From assembly GCA_964016885.1 (NCBI GenBank), contig OZ024740.1, positions 30,194,001 through 30,258,000 of the forward strand: DNA of 64,000 bases, given 5' to 3'. The notes below the pieces were generated by a model. It was given only the letters and a program-made list of their open reading frames with translations, made no database searches and had not been told where the DNA came from. This DNA is from Eledone cirrhosa. Lineage: Eukaryota. A program made the position numbers and the translations under genes. The first letter of the stretch is position 1. Every line of letters begins with the position of its first letter. Of the stretch, positions 50,701 to 64,000 are shown in pieces.

Positions 50701-53700
50701 TAGTGAAACTGTTAGTTATAGTTACTAGTCCTATTAGTGTTACTATAGTGACACTGTTAGTTATAGTTACTAGTCCTATTACTGTTACTATAGTGACACT
50801 GTTAGTTATAGTTACTAGTCCTATTACTGTTACTATAGTGACACTGTTAGTTATAGTTACTAGTCCTATTACTGTTACTATAGTGACACTGTTAGTTATA
50901 GTTACTAGTCCTATTACTATTACTATAGTGACACTATTAGTTATAGTTACTAGTCCTATTACTATTACTATAGTGGCACTGTTAGTTATAGTTACTAGTC
51001 ATATTACTGTTACTATAGTGACACTGTCAGTTATAGTTACTAGTCCTATTATGTTACTATAGTGACAGTGTTAGTTATAGTTACTAGTCCTATTACTTTT
51101 ACTATAGTGACACTGTTAGTTATAGTTACTAGTCCTATGCTGTTACTATAGTGACACTGTTAGTTACAGTTACTAGTCTTATTACTGTTACTATAGTGAC
51201 ACTGTTAGTTACAGTTACTAGTCCTATTACTGTTACTATAGTGACACTGTTAGTTATAGTTATTAGTCCTATTACTGTTACTATAGTGATACTGTTAGTT
51301 ATAGTTACTAGTCCTATTAGTGTTACTATAGTGACACTGTTAGTTATAGTTATTAGTCCTATTACTGTTACTATAGTGACACTGTTAGTTATAGTTACTA
51401 GTCCTATTACTGCTACTGTAGTGACACTGTTAGTTATAGTTACTAGTCATATTACTGTTACTATAGTGACACTGTTAGTAATAGTTACTAGTCCTATTAC
51501 TGTTACTATAGTGACACTGTCAGTTATAGTTACTAGTCATATTACTGTTACTATAGTGACAGTGTTAGTTATAGTTACTAGTCCTATTACTGTTTCTATA
51601 GTGACACTGTTAGTTATAGTTACTAGTCCTATTATGTAACTATAGTGACACTGTTAGTTATAGTTACTAGTCCTATTACTGTTTCTATAGTGACACTGTT
51701 AGTTATAGTTACTAGTCCTATTGCTGTTACTATAGTGAAACTGTTAGTTATAGTTACTAGTCATATTACTGTTACTATAGTGACACTGTTAGTTATAGTT
51801 ACTAGTCCTATTACTGTTACTATAGTGACACTGTTAGTTACAGTTACTAGTCCTATTGCTGTTACTATAGTGAAACTGTTAGTTATAGTTACTTGTCCTA
51901 TTACTGTTACTATAGTGACACTGTTAATTATAGTTACTAGTCCTATTACTGTTACTATAGTGACACTGTTAGTTACAGTTACTAGTCCTATTATTGTTAC
52001 TATAGTGACACTGTTAGTTATAGTTACTACTCCTATTACTGTTACTAGAGTGACACTGTTAGTTATAGTTACTAGTCCTATTACTGTTACTATAGTGACA
52101 CTGTTAGTTATAGTTACTAGTACTATTATTGTTACTATAGTGACACTGTTAGTTATAGTTACTAGTCCTATTGCTGTTACTATAGTGACAGTGTTAGTTA
52201 CAGTTACTAGTCCTATTGCTGTTACTATAGTGACACTGTTAGTTATAGTTACTACTACTATTACTGTTACTATAGTGACACTGTTAGTTATAGTTACTAG
52301 TCCTATTACTGTTACTATAGTGACACTGTTAGTTATAGTTACTACTCCTATTACTGTTACTATAGTGACACTGTTAGTTATAGTTACTAGTCCTATTACT
52401 GTTACTATAGTGACAGTGTTAGTTACAGTTACTAGTCCTATTGCTGTTACTATAGTGACACTGTTAGTTATAGTTACTAGTCCTATTGCTGTTACTATAG
52501 TGACACTGTTAGTTATAGTTACTAGTCCTATTACTGTTACTATAGTGACACTGTTAGTTATAGTTACTAGTCCTATTACTGTTACTATAGTGACACTGTT
52601 AGTTATAGTTACTAGTCCTATTACTGTTACTATAGTGACACTGTTAGTTATAGTTACTAGTCCTATTACTGTTACTATAGTGACACAGTTAGTTATAGTT
52701 ACTAGTCCTATTGCTGTTACTATAGTGACACTGTTAGTTATAGTTACTAGTCCTATTACTGTTACTATAGTGACACAGTTAGTTATAGTTACTAGTCCTA
52801 TTGCTGTTACTATAGTGACAGTGTTAGTTATAGTTACTAGTCCTATTACTGTTACTATAGTGACACTGTTAGTTATAGTTATTAGTCCTATTATGTAACT
52901 ATAGTGACACTGTTAGTTATAGTTACTAGTCCTATTGCTGTTACTATAGTGACACTGTTAGTTATAGTTACTAGTCCTATTGCTGTTACTATAGTGACAC
53001 TGTTAGTTATAGTTACTAGTCCTATTACTGTTACTATAGTGACACTGTTAGTTATAATTACTAGTCCTATTACTGTTACTATAGTGACACTGTTAGTTAT
53101 AGTTACTAGTCCTATTGCTGTTTCTATAGTGACACTGTTAGTTATAGTTACTAGTCATATTACTGTTACTATAGTGACAGTGTTAGTTATAGTTACAAGT
53201 CCTATTACTGTTACTATAGTGACACTATTAGTTATAGTTACTAGTCCTATTAATATTACTATAGTGACACAGTTAGTTATAGTTACTAGTCATATTACTG
53301 TTACTATAGTGACACTGTCAGTTATAGTTACTAGTCCTATTATGTTACTATAGTGACACTGTTAGTTATAGTTACTAGTCCTATTACTGTTACTATAGTG
53401 ATACTGTTAGTTATAGTTACTAGTCCTATTAGTGTTACTATAGTGACACTGTTAGTTATAGTTATTAGTCCTATTACTGTTACTATAGTGACACTGTTAG
53501 TTATAGTTACTAGTCCTATTACTGCTACTGTAGTGACACTGTTAGTTATAGTTACTAGTCATATTACTGTTACTATAGTGACACTGTTAGTAATAGTTAC
53601 TAGTCCTATTACTGTTACTATAGTGACACTGTCAGTTATAGTTACTAGTCATATTACTGTTACTATAGTGACAGTGTTAGTTATAGTTACTAGTCCTATT

Positions 53701-56700
53701 ACTGTTTCTATAGTGACACTGTTAGTTATAGTTACTAGTCCTATTATGTAACTATAGTGACACTGTTAGTTATAGTTACTAGTCCTATTACTGTTTCTAT
53801 AGTGACACTGTTAGTTATAGTTACTAGTCCTATTGCTGTTACTATAGTGAAACTGTTAGTTATAGTTACTAGTCATATTACTGTTACTATAGTGACACTG
53901 TTAGTTATAGTTACTAGTCCTATTACTGTTACTATAGTGACACTGTTAGTTACAGTTACTAGTCCTATTGCTGTTACTATAGTGAAACTGTTAGTTATAG
54001 TTACTTGTCCTATTACTGTTACTATAGTGACACTGTTAATTATAGTTACTAGTCCTATTACTGTTACTATAGTGACACTGTTAGTTACAGTTACTAGTCC
54101 TATTATTGTTACTATAGTGACACTGTTAGTTATAGTTACTACTCCTATTACTGTTACTAGAGTGACACTGTTAGTTATAGTTACTAGTCCTATTACTGTT
54201 ACTATAGTGACACTGTTAGTTATAGTTACTAGTACTATTATTGTTACTATAGTGACACTGTTAGTTATAGTTACTAGTCCTATTGCTGTTACTATAGTGA
54301 CAGTGTTAGTTACAGTTACTAGTCCTATTGCTGTTACTATAGTGACACTGTTAGTTATAGTTACTACTACTATTACTGTTACTATAGTGACACTGTTAGT
54401 TATAGTTACTAGTCCTATTACTGTTACTATAGTGACACTGTTAGTTATAGTTACTACTCCTATTACTGTTACTATAGTGACACTGTTAGTTATAGTTACT
54501 AGTCCTATTACTGTTACTATAGTGACAGTGTTAGTTACAGTTACTAGTCCTATTGCTGTTACTATAGTGACACTGTTAGTTATAGTTACTAGTCCTATTG
54601 CTGTTACTATAGTGACACTGTTAGTTATAGTTACTAGTCCTATTACTGTTACTATAGTGACACTGTTAGTTATAGTTACTAGTCCTATTACTGTTACTAT
54701 AGTGACACTGTTAGTTATAGTTACTAGTCCTATTACTGTTACTATAGTGACACTGTTAGTTATAGTTACTAGTCCTATTACTGTTACTATAGTGACACAG
54801 TTAGTTATAGTTACTAGTCCTATTGCTGTTACTATAGTGACACTGTTAGTTATAGTTACTAGTCCTATTACTGTTACTATAGTGACACAGTTAGTTATAG
54901 TTACTAGTCCTATTGCTGTTACTATAGTGACAGTGTTAGTTATAGTTACTAGTCCTATTACTGTTACTATAGTGACACTGTTAGTTATAGTTATTAGTCC
55001 TATTATGTAACTATAGTGACACTGTTAGTTATAGTTACTAGTCCTATTGCTGTTACTATAGTGACACTGTTAGTTATAGTTACTAGTCCTATTGCTGTTA
55101 CTATAGTGACACTGTTAGTTATAGTTACTAGTCCTATTACTGTTACTATAGTGACACTGTTAGTTATAATTACTAGTCCTATTACTGTTACTATAGTGAC
55201 ACTGTTAGTTATAGTTACTAGTCCTATTGCTGTTTCTATAGTGACACTGTTAGTTATAGTTACTAGTCATATTACTGTTACTATAGTGACAGTGTTAGTT
55301 ATAGTTACAAGTCCTATTACTGTTACTATAGTGACACTATTAGTTATAGTTACTAGTCCTATTAATATTACTATAGTGACACAGTTAGTTATAGTTACTA
55401 GTCATATTACTGTTACTATAGTGACACTGTCAGTTATAGTTACTAGTCCTATTATGTTACTATAGTGACACTGTTAGTTATAGTTACTAGTCCTATTACT
55501 GTTACTATAATGACAGTGTTAGTTATAGTTACTAGTCCTATTACTGTTACTATAGTGACACTGTTAGTTATAGTTACTAGTCCTATTAGTGTTACTATAG
55601 TGACACTGTTAGTTATAGTTACTAGTCATATTACTGTTACTATAGTTACTAGTCCTATTACTGTTACTATAGTGACACTGTTAGTTAATCTTACTACTCC
55701 TATTACTGTTACTATAGTGACAGTGTTAGTTATAGTTACTAGTCCTATTACTGTTACTATAGTGACAGTGTTAGTTATAGTTACTAGTCCTATTACTGTT
55801 ACTATAGTGACACTGTCAGTTATAGTTACTAGTCCTATTGCTGTTACTATAGTGACACTGTTAGTTATAGTTACTAGTCCTATTACTGTTACTATAGTGA
55901 TACTGTTAGTTAATCTTACTTGTCATATTGCTGTTACTATAGTGACACTGTTAGTTATAGTTACTAGTCATATTGCTGTTACTATAGTGACAGTGTTAGT
56001 TATAGTTACTAGTCCTATTACTGTTACTATACTGACAGTGTTAGTTATAGTTACTAGTCCTATTACTGTTACTATAGTGACACTGTTAGTTATAATTACT
56101 AGTCCTATTACTGTTACTATAGTGACACTGTTAGTTATAGTTACTAGTCCTATTGCTGTTACTATAGTGACACTGTTAGTTATAGTTACTAGTCCTATTA
56201 CTGTTACTATAGTGACACTATTAGTTATAGTTACTAGTCCTATTACTATTACTATAGTGGCACTGTTAGTTATAGTTACTAGTCATATTACTGTTACTAT
56301 AGTGACACTGTTAGTTATAATTACTAGTCCTATTACTGTTACTATAGTGACACTGTTAGTTATAGTTACTAGTCCTATTACTGTTACTATAGTGACACTG
56401 TTAGTTATAGTTACTAGTCCTATTGCTGTTTCTATAGTGACAGTGTCAGTTATAGTTACTAGTCCTATTACTGTTACTATAGTGACAGTGTTAGTTACAG
56501 TTACTAGTCTTATTACTGTTACTATAGTGACACTGTTAGTTACAGTTACTAGTCCTATTACTGTTACTATAGTGACACTGTTAGTTATATTTACTAGTCC
56601 TATTATGTAACTATAGTGACACTGTTAGTTATAGTTACTAGTCCTATTACTGTTTCTATAGTGACACTGTTAGTTATAGTTACTAGTCCTATTACTGTTA

Positions 56701-59700
56701 CTATAGTGACATTGTTAGTTACAGTTACTAGTCCTATTATTATTACTATAGTGACACTGTTAGTTATAGTTACTACTCCTATTACTGTTACTAGAGTGAC
56801 ACTGTTAGTTATAGTTACTAGTCCTATTACTGTTACTATAGTGACACTGTTTGTTATAGTTACTAGTCCTATTATTGTTACTATAGTGACACTGTTAGTT
56901 ATAGTTACTACTCCTATTACTGTTACTATAGTGACACTGTTAGTTATAGTTACTACTCCTATTACTGTTACTATAGTGACACTGTTAGTTATAGTTAATA
57001 GTCCTATTATTATTACTATAGTGACACTGTTAGTTACAGTTACTAGTCCTATTGCTGTTACTATAGTGACACTGTTAGTTATAGTTACTAGTTCTATTGC
57101 TGTTACTATAGTGACAGTGTTAGTTATAGTTACTAGTCATATTACTGTTACTATAGTGACACTGTTAGTTATAGTTACTAGTTCTATTGCTGTTACTATA
57201 GTGACAGTGTTAGTTATAGTTACTAGTCCTATTATTGTTACTATAGTGACACTGTTAGTTACAGTTACTAGTCCTATTATTGTTACTATAGTGACACTGT
57301 TAGTTATAGTTACTACTCCTATTACTGTTACTATAGTGACACTGTTAGTTATAGTTACTAGTCCTATTGCTGTTACTATAGTGACACTGTTAGTTATAGT
57401 TACTAGTCCTAATGCTGTTACTATAGTGACACTGTTAGTTATAGTTACTAGTCCTATTACTGTTACTATAGTGACACTGTTAGTTATAGTTACTAGTCCT
57501 ATTACTGTTACTATAGTGACACTGTTAGTTATAGTTACTAGTCCTATTGCTGTTACTATAGTGAAACTGTTAGTTATAGTTACTAGTCCTATTACTGTTA
57601 CTATAGTGACACTGTTAGTTATAGTTACTAGTCCTATTGCTGTTACTATAGTGACACTGTTAGTTATAGTTACTAGTCCTATTACTGTTACTATACTGAC
57701 AGTGTTAGTTATAGTTACTAGTCCTATTGCTGTTACTATAGTGACACTGTAATTTATAGTTACTAGTCCTATTGGTGTTACTATAGTGACACTGTTAGTT
57801 ATAGTTACTAGTCCTATTAATGTTACTATAGTGACACAGTTAGTTATAGTTACTAGTCCTATTTCTGTTACTATAGTGACACTGTTAGTTATAGTTACTA
57901 GTCCTATTACTGTTACTATAGTGACACAGTTAGTTATAGTTACTAGTCCTATTGCTGTTACTATAGTGACAGTGTTAGTTATAGTTACTAGTCCTATTAC
58001 TGTTACTATAGTGACACTGTTAGTTATAGTTACTAGTCCTATTACTGTTACTATAGTGACACAGTTAGTTATAGTTACTAGTCCTATTGCTGTTACTATA
58101 GTGACAGTGTTAGTTATAGTTACTACTCCTATTACTGTTACTATAGTGACACTGTTAGTTATAGTTATTAGTCCTATTATGTAACTATAGTGACACTGTT
58201 AGTTATAGTTACTAGTCCTATTACTGTTTCTATAGTGACACTGTTAGTTATAGTTACTAGTTCTATTACTGTTACTATAGTGACACTGTTAGTTATAGTT
58301 ACTAGTCCTATTGCTGTTACTATAGTGACAGTGTTAGTTATAGTTACTAGTCCTATTACTGTTACTATGGTGACAGTGTTAGTTATAGTTACTAGTCCTA
58401 TTACTGTTACTATAGTGACACTGTTAGTTATAGTTACTAGTCCTATTGCTGTTACTATAGTGACAGTGTTAGTTATAGTTACTAGTCATATTACTGTTAC
58501 TATAGTGACAGTGTTAGTTATAGTTACTAGTCCTATTACTGTTTCTATAGTGACACTGTTAGTTATAGTTACTAGTCCTATTATGTAACTATAGTGACAC
58601 TGTTAGTTATAGTTACTAGTCCTATTACTGTTTCTATAGTGACACTGTTAGTTATAGTTACTAGTCCTATTACTGTTACTAGAGTGACACTGTTAGTTAT
58701 AGTTACTAGTCCTATTATTGTTACTATAGTGACACTGTTAGTTATAGTTACTACTCCTATTACTGTTACTAGAGTGACACTGTTAGTTATAGTTACTAGT
58801 CCTATTACTGTTACTATAGTGACACTGTTAGTTATAGTTACTAGTCCTATTATTGTTACTATAGTGACACTGTTAGTTATAGTTACTAGTCCTATTGCTG
58901 TTACTATAGTGACAGTGTTAGTTACAGTTACTAGTCCTATTGCTGTTACTATAGTGACACTGTTAGTTATAGTTACTACTACTATTACTGTTACTATAGT
59001 GACACTGTTAGTTATAGTTACTAGTCCTATTACTGTTACTATAGTGACACTGTTAGTTATAGTTACTACTCCTATTACTGTTACTATAGTGACACTGTTA
59101 GTTACAGTTACTAGTCCTATTGCTGTTACTATAGTGACACTGTTAGTTATAGTTACTAGTCCTATTGCTGTTACTATAGTGACACTGTTAGTTATAGTTA
59201 CTAGTCCTATTGCTGTTACTATAGTGACACTGTTAGTTATAGTTACTAGTCCTATTACTGTTACTATAGTGACACTGTTAGTTATAATTACTAGTCCTAT
59301 TACTGTTACTATAGTGACACTGTTAGTTATAGTTACTAGTCCTATTGCTGTTTCTATAGTGACACTGTTAGTTATAGTTACTAGTCATATTACTGTTACT
59401 ATAGTGACAGTGTTAGTTATAGTTACAAGTCCTATTACTGTTACTATAGTGACACTATTAGTTATAGTTACTAGTCCTATTACTATTACTATAGTGACAC
59501 AGTTAGTTATAGTTACTAGTCATATTACTGTTACTATAGTGACACTGTCAGTTATAGTTACTAGTCCTATTATGTTACTATAGTGACACTGTTAGTTATA
59601 GTTACTAGTCCTATTACTGTTACTATAGTGACAGTGTTAGTTATAGTTACTAGTCCTATTACTGTTACTATAGTGACACTGTTAGTTATAGTTACTAGTC

Positions 59701-62700
59701 CTATTAGTGTTACTATAGTGACACTGTTAGTTATAGTTACTAGTCATATTACTGTTACTATAGTTACTAGTCCTATTACTGTTACTATAGTGACACTGTT
59801 AGTTAATCTTACTACTCCTATTACTGTTACTATAGTGACAGTGTTAGTTATAGTTACTAGTCCTATTACTGTTACTATAGTGACAGTGTTAGTTATAGTT
59901 ACTAGTCCTATTACTGTTACTATAGTGACACTGTCAGTTATAGTTACTAGTCCTATTGCTGTTACTATAGTGACACTGTTAGTTATAGTTACTAGTCCTA
60001 TTACTGCTACTATAGTGACACTGTTAGTTAATCTTACTTGTCATATTGATGTTACTATAGTGACACTGTTAGTTATAGTTACTAGTCATATTGCTGTTAC
60101 TATAGTGACACTGTTAGTTATAGTTACTAGTCCTATTGCTGTTACTATAGTGACAGTGTTAGTTACAGTTACTAGTCCTATTGCTGTTACTATAGTGACA
60201 CTGTTAGTTATAGTTACTACTACTATTACTGTTACTATAGTGACACTGTTAGTTATAGTTACTAGTCCTATTACTGTTTCTATAGTGACACTGTTAGTTA
60301 TAGTTACTAGTCCTATTGCTGTTACTATAGTGAAACTGTTAGTTATAGTTACTAGTCATATTACTGTTACTATAGTGACACTGTTAGTTATAGTTACTAG
60401 TCCTATTACTGTTACTATAGTGACACTGTTAGTTACAGTTACTAGTCCTATTGCTGTTACTATAGTGAAACTGTTAGTTATAGTTACTTGTCCTATTACT
60501 GTTACTATAGTGACACTGTTAATTATAGTTACTAGTCCTATTACTGTTACTATAGTGACACTGTTAGTTACAGTTACTAGTCCTATTATTGTTACTATAG
60601 TGACACTGTTAGTTATAGTTACTACTCCTATTACTGTTACTAGAGTGACACTGTTAGTTATAGTTACTAGTCCTATTACTGTTACTATAGTGACACTGTT
60701 AGTTATAGTTACTAGTCCTATTATTGTTACTATAGTGACACTGTTAGTTATAGTTACTAGTCCTATTGCTGTTACTATAGTGACAGTGTTAGTTACAGTT
60801 ACTAGTCCTATTGCGGTTACTATAGTGACACTGTTAGTTATAGTTACTACTACTATTACTGTTACTATAGTGACACTGTTAGTTATAGTTACTAGTCCTA
60901 TTACTGTTACTATAGTGACACTGTTAGTTATAGTTACTACTCCTATTACTGTTACTATAGTGACACTGTTAGTTACAGTTACTAGTCCTATTGCTGTTAC
61001 TATAGTGACACTGTTAGTTATAGTTACTAGTCCTATTGCTGTTACTATAGTGACACTGTTAGTTATAGTTACTAGTCCTATTGCTGTTACTATAGTGACA
61101 CTGTTAGTTATAGTTACTAGTCCTATTACTGTTACTATAGTGACACTGTTAGTTATAATTACTAGTCCTATTACTGTTACTATAGTGACACTGTTAGTTA
61201 TAGTTACTAGTCCTATTGCTGTTTCTATAGTGACACTGTTAGTTATAGTTACTAGTCATATTACTGTTACTATAGTGACAGTGTTAGTTATAGTTACAAG
61301 TCCTATTACTGTTACTATAGTGACACTATTAGTTATAGTTACTAGTCCTATTACTATTACTATAGTGACACAGTTAGTTATAGTTACTAGTCATATTACT
61401 GTTACTATAGTGACACTGTCAGTTATAGTTACTAGTCCTATTATGTTACTATAGTGACACTGTTAGTTATAGTTACTAGTCCTATTACTGTTACTATAGT
61501 GACAGTGTTAGTTATAGTTACTAGTCCTATTACTGTTACTATAGTGACACTGTTAGTTATAGTTACTAGTCCTATTAGTGTTACTATAGTGACACTGTTA
61601 GTTATAGTTACTAGTCATATTACTGTTACTATAGTTACTAGTCCTATTACTGTTACTATAGTGACACTGTTAGTTAATCTTACTACTCCTATTACTGTTA
61701 CTATAGTGACAGTGTTAGTTATAGTTACTAGTCCTATTACTGTTACTATAGTGACAGTGTTAGTTATAGTTACTAGTCCTATTACTGTTACTATAGTGAC
61801 ACTGTCAGTTATAGTTACTAGTCCTATTGCTGTTACTATAGTGACACTGTTAGTTATAGTTACTAGTCCTATTACTGCTACTATAGTGACACTGTTAGTT
61901 AATCTTACTTGTCATATTGATGTTACTATAGTGACACTGTTAGTTATAGTTACTAGTCATATTGCTGTTACTATAGTGACACTGTTAGTTATAGTTACTA
62001 GTCCTATTGCTGTTACTATAGTGACAGTGTTAGTTACAGTTACTAGTCCTATTGCTGTTACTATAGTGACACTGTTAGTTATAGTTACTACTACTATTAC
62101 TGTTACTATAGTGACACTGTTAGTTATAGTTACTAGTCCTATTACTGTTACTATAGTGACACTGTTAGTTATAGTTACTACTCCTATTACTGTTACTATA
62201 GTGACACTGTTAGTTACAGTTACTAGTCCTATTGCTGTTACTATAGTGACACTGTTAGTTATAGTTACTAGTCCTATTGCTGTTACTATAGTGACACTGT
62301 TAGTTATAGTTACTAGTCCTATTGCTGTTACTATAGTGACACTGTTAGTTATAGTTACTAGTCCTATTACTGTTACTATAGTGACACTGTTAGTTATAAT
62401 TACTAGTCCTATTACTGTTACTATAGTGACACTGTTAGTTATAGTTACTAGTCCTATTGCTGTTTCTATAGTGACACTGTTAGTTATAGTTACTAGTCAT
62501 ATTACTGTTACTATAGTGACAGTGTTAGTTATAGTACAAGTCCTATTACTGTTACTATAGTGACACTATTAGTTATAGTTACTAGTCCTATTACTATTAC
62601 TATAGTGACACAGTTAGTTATAGTTACTAGTCATATTACTGTTACTATAGTGACACTGTCAGTTATAGTTACTAGTCCTATTATGTTACTATAGTGACAC

Positions 62701-64000
62701 TGTTAGTTATAGTTACTAGTCCTATTACTGTTACTATAGTGACAGTGTTAGTTATAGTTACTAGTCCTATTACTGTTACTATAGTGACACTGTTAGTTAT
62801 AGTTACTAGTCCTATTAGTGTTACTATAGTGACACTGTTAGTTATAGTTACTAGTCATATTACTGTTACTATAGTTACTAGTCCTATTACTGTTACTATA
62901 GTGACACTGTTAGTTAATCTTACTACTCCTATTACTGTTACTATAGTGACAGTGTTAGTTATAGTTACTAGTCCTATTACTGTTACTATAGTGACAGTGT
63001 TAGTTATAGTTACTAGTCCTATTACTGTTACTATAGTGACACTGTCAGTTATAGTTACTAGTCCTATTGCTGTTACTATAGTGACACTGTTAGTTATAGT
63101 TACTAGTCCTATTACTGCTACTATAGTGACACTGTTAGTTAATCTTACTTGTCATATTGCTGTTACTATAGTGACACTGTTAGTTATAGTTACTAGTCAT
63201 ATTGCTGTTACTATAGTGACAGTGTTAGTTATAGTTACTAGTCCTATTACTGTTACTATACTGACAGTGTTAGTTATAGTTACTAGTCCTATTACTGTTA
63301 CTATAGTGACACTGTTAGTTATAATTACTAGTCCTATTACTGTTACTATAGTGACACTGTTAGTTATAGTTACTAGTCCTATTGCTGTTACTATAGTGAC
63401 ACTGTTAGTTATAGTTACTAGTCCTATTACTGTTACTATAGTGACACTATTAGTTATAGTTACTAGTCCTATTACTATTACTATAGTGGCACTGTTAGTT
63501 ATAGTTACTAGTCATATTACTGTTACTATAGTGACACTGTTAGTTATAATTACTAGTCCTATTACTGTTACTATAGTGACACTGTTAGTTATAGTTACTA
63601 GTCCTATTACTGTTACTATAGTGACACTGTTAGTTATAGTTACTAGTCCTATTGCTGTTTCTATAGTGACAGTGTCAGTTATAGTTACTAGTCCTATTAC
63701 TGTTACTATAGTGACAGTGTTAGTTACAGTTACTAGTCTTATTACTGTTACTATAGTGACACTGTTAGTTACAGTTACTAGTCCTATTACTGTTACTATA
63801 GTGACACTGTTAGTTATAGTTACTAGTCCTATTATGTAACTATAGTGACACTGTTAGTTATAGTTACTAGTCCTATTACTGTTTCTATAGTGACACTGTT
63901 AGTTATAGTTACTAGTCCTATTACTGTTACTATAGTGACATTGTTAGTTACAGTTACTAGTCCTATTATTGTTACTATAGTGACACTGTTAGTTATAGTT
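23713..64000. repeat. 45-bp tandem satellite, ~900 monomers, running off the window end
   Basis: Consensus gtgacactgttagttatagttactagtcctattactgttactata, with recurring variants and kb-scale higher-order duplications. Confidence 0.99.

Noticed and set aside
23660-63839. Huge (VTIVTLLVIVTSPIT)n ORFs suggesting a mucin-like or membrane repeat protein
   Set aside because: A 45-bp period keeps the frame open automatically. Only one consensus codon (TTA) is a single step from a stop, 1-2-bp frameshift monomers are frequent and amplified, a minus-strand frame is open as well, and there are no unique termini.
19788-64000. CRISPR-like array
   Set aside because: Head-to-tail monomers without unique spacers, no cas genes, eukaryotic context.
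23713-64000. Resemblance of gtgacact/tcactatag to SP6/T7 promoters (vector contamination)
   Set aside because: Only short partial matches inside a naturally diverged satellite; no vector sequence.

Overview
AT-rich eukaryotic (invertebrate) DNA with no recognisable host gene. The tRNA-SINE type and compound (TA)/(TG) microsatellites suggest a cephalopod such as Octopus (inference). 1-8755 holds an apparently intact Penelope-like retroelement (PLE; RT + C-terminal GIY-YIG, Naiad-like) with directly repeated pLTRs, each carrying a hammerhead ribozyme (HHR) with a very long stem II. A 5'-truncated second PLE family follows. ~9.85-13.9 kb is a compact, unassigned cassette: a previously unpredicted three-exon SGNH/GDSL-hydrolase gene with 55/57-nt introns, a convergent 119-aa orphan ORF, and a foldback structure around a GC-rich coding-like insert. 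13.9-18.6 kb is a nest of HHR-bearing, partly palindromic PLE pLTR remnants in (TA)n tracts, plus a SINE. 19.8-23.7 kb is a 100-bp satellite that abuts directly a 45-bp satellite, which fills the remaining ~40 kb with layered higher-order duplications. Nearly all long ORFs in the supplied track are repeat artefacts. All calls are by eye; no database search or folding program was run.
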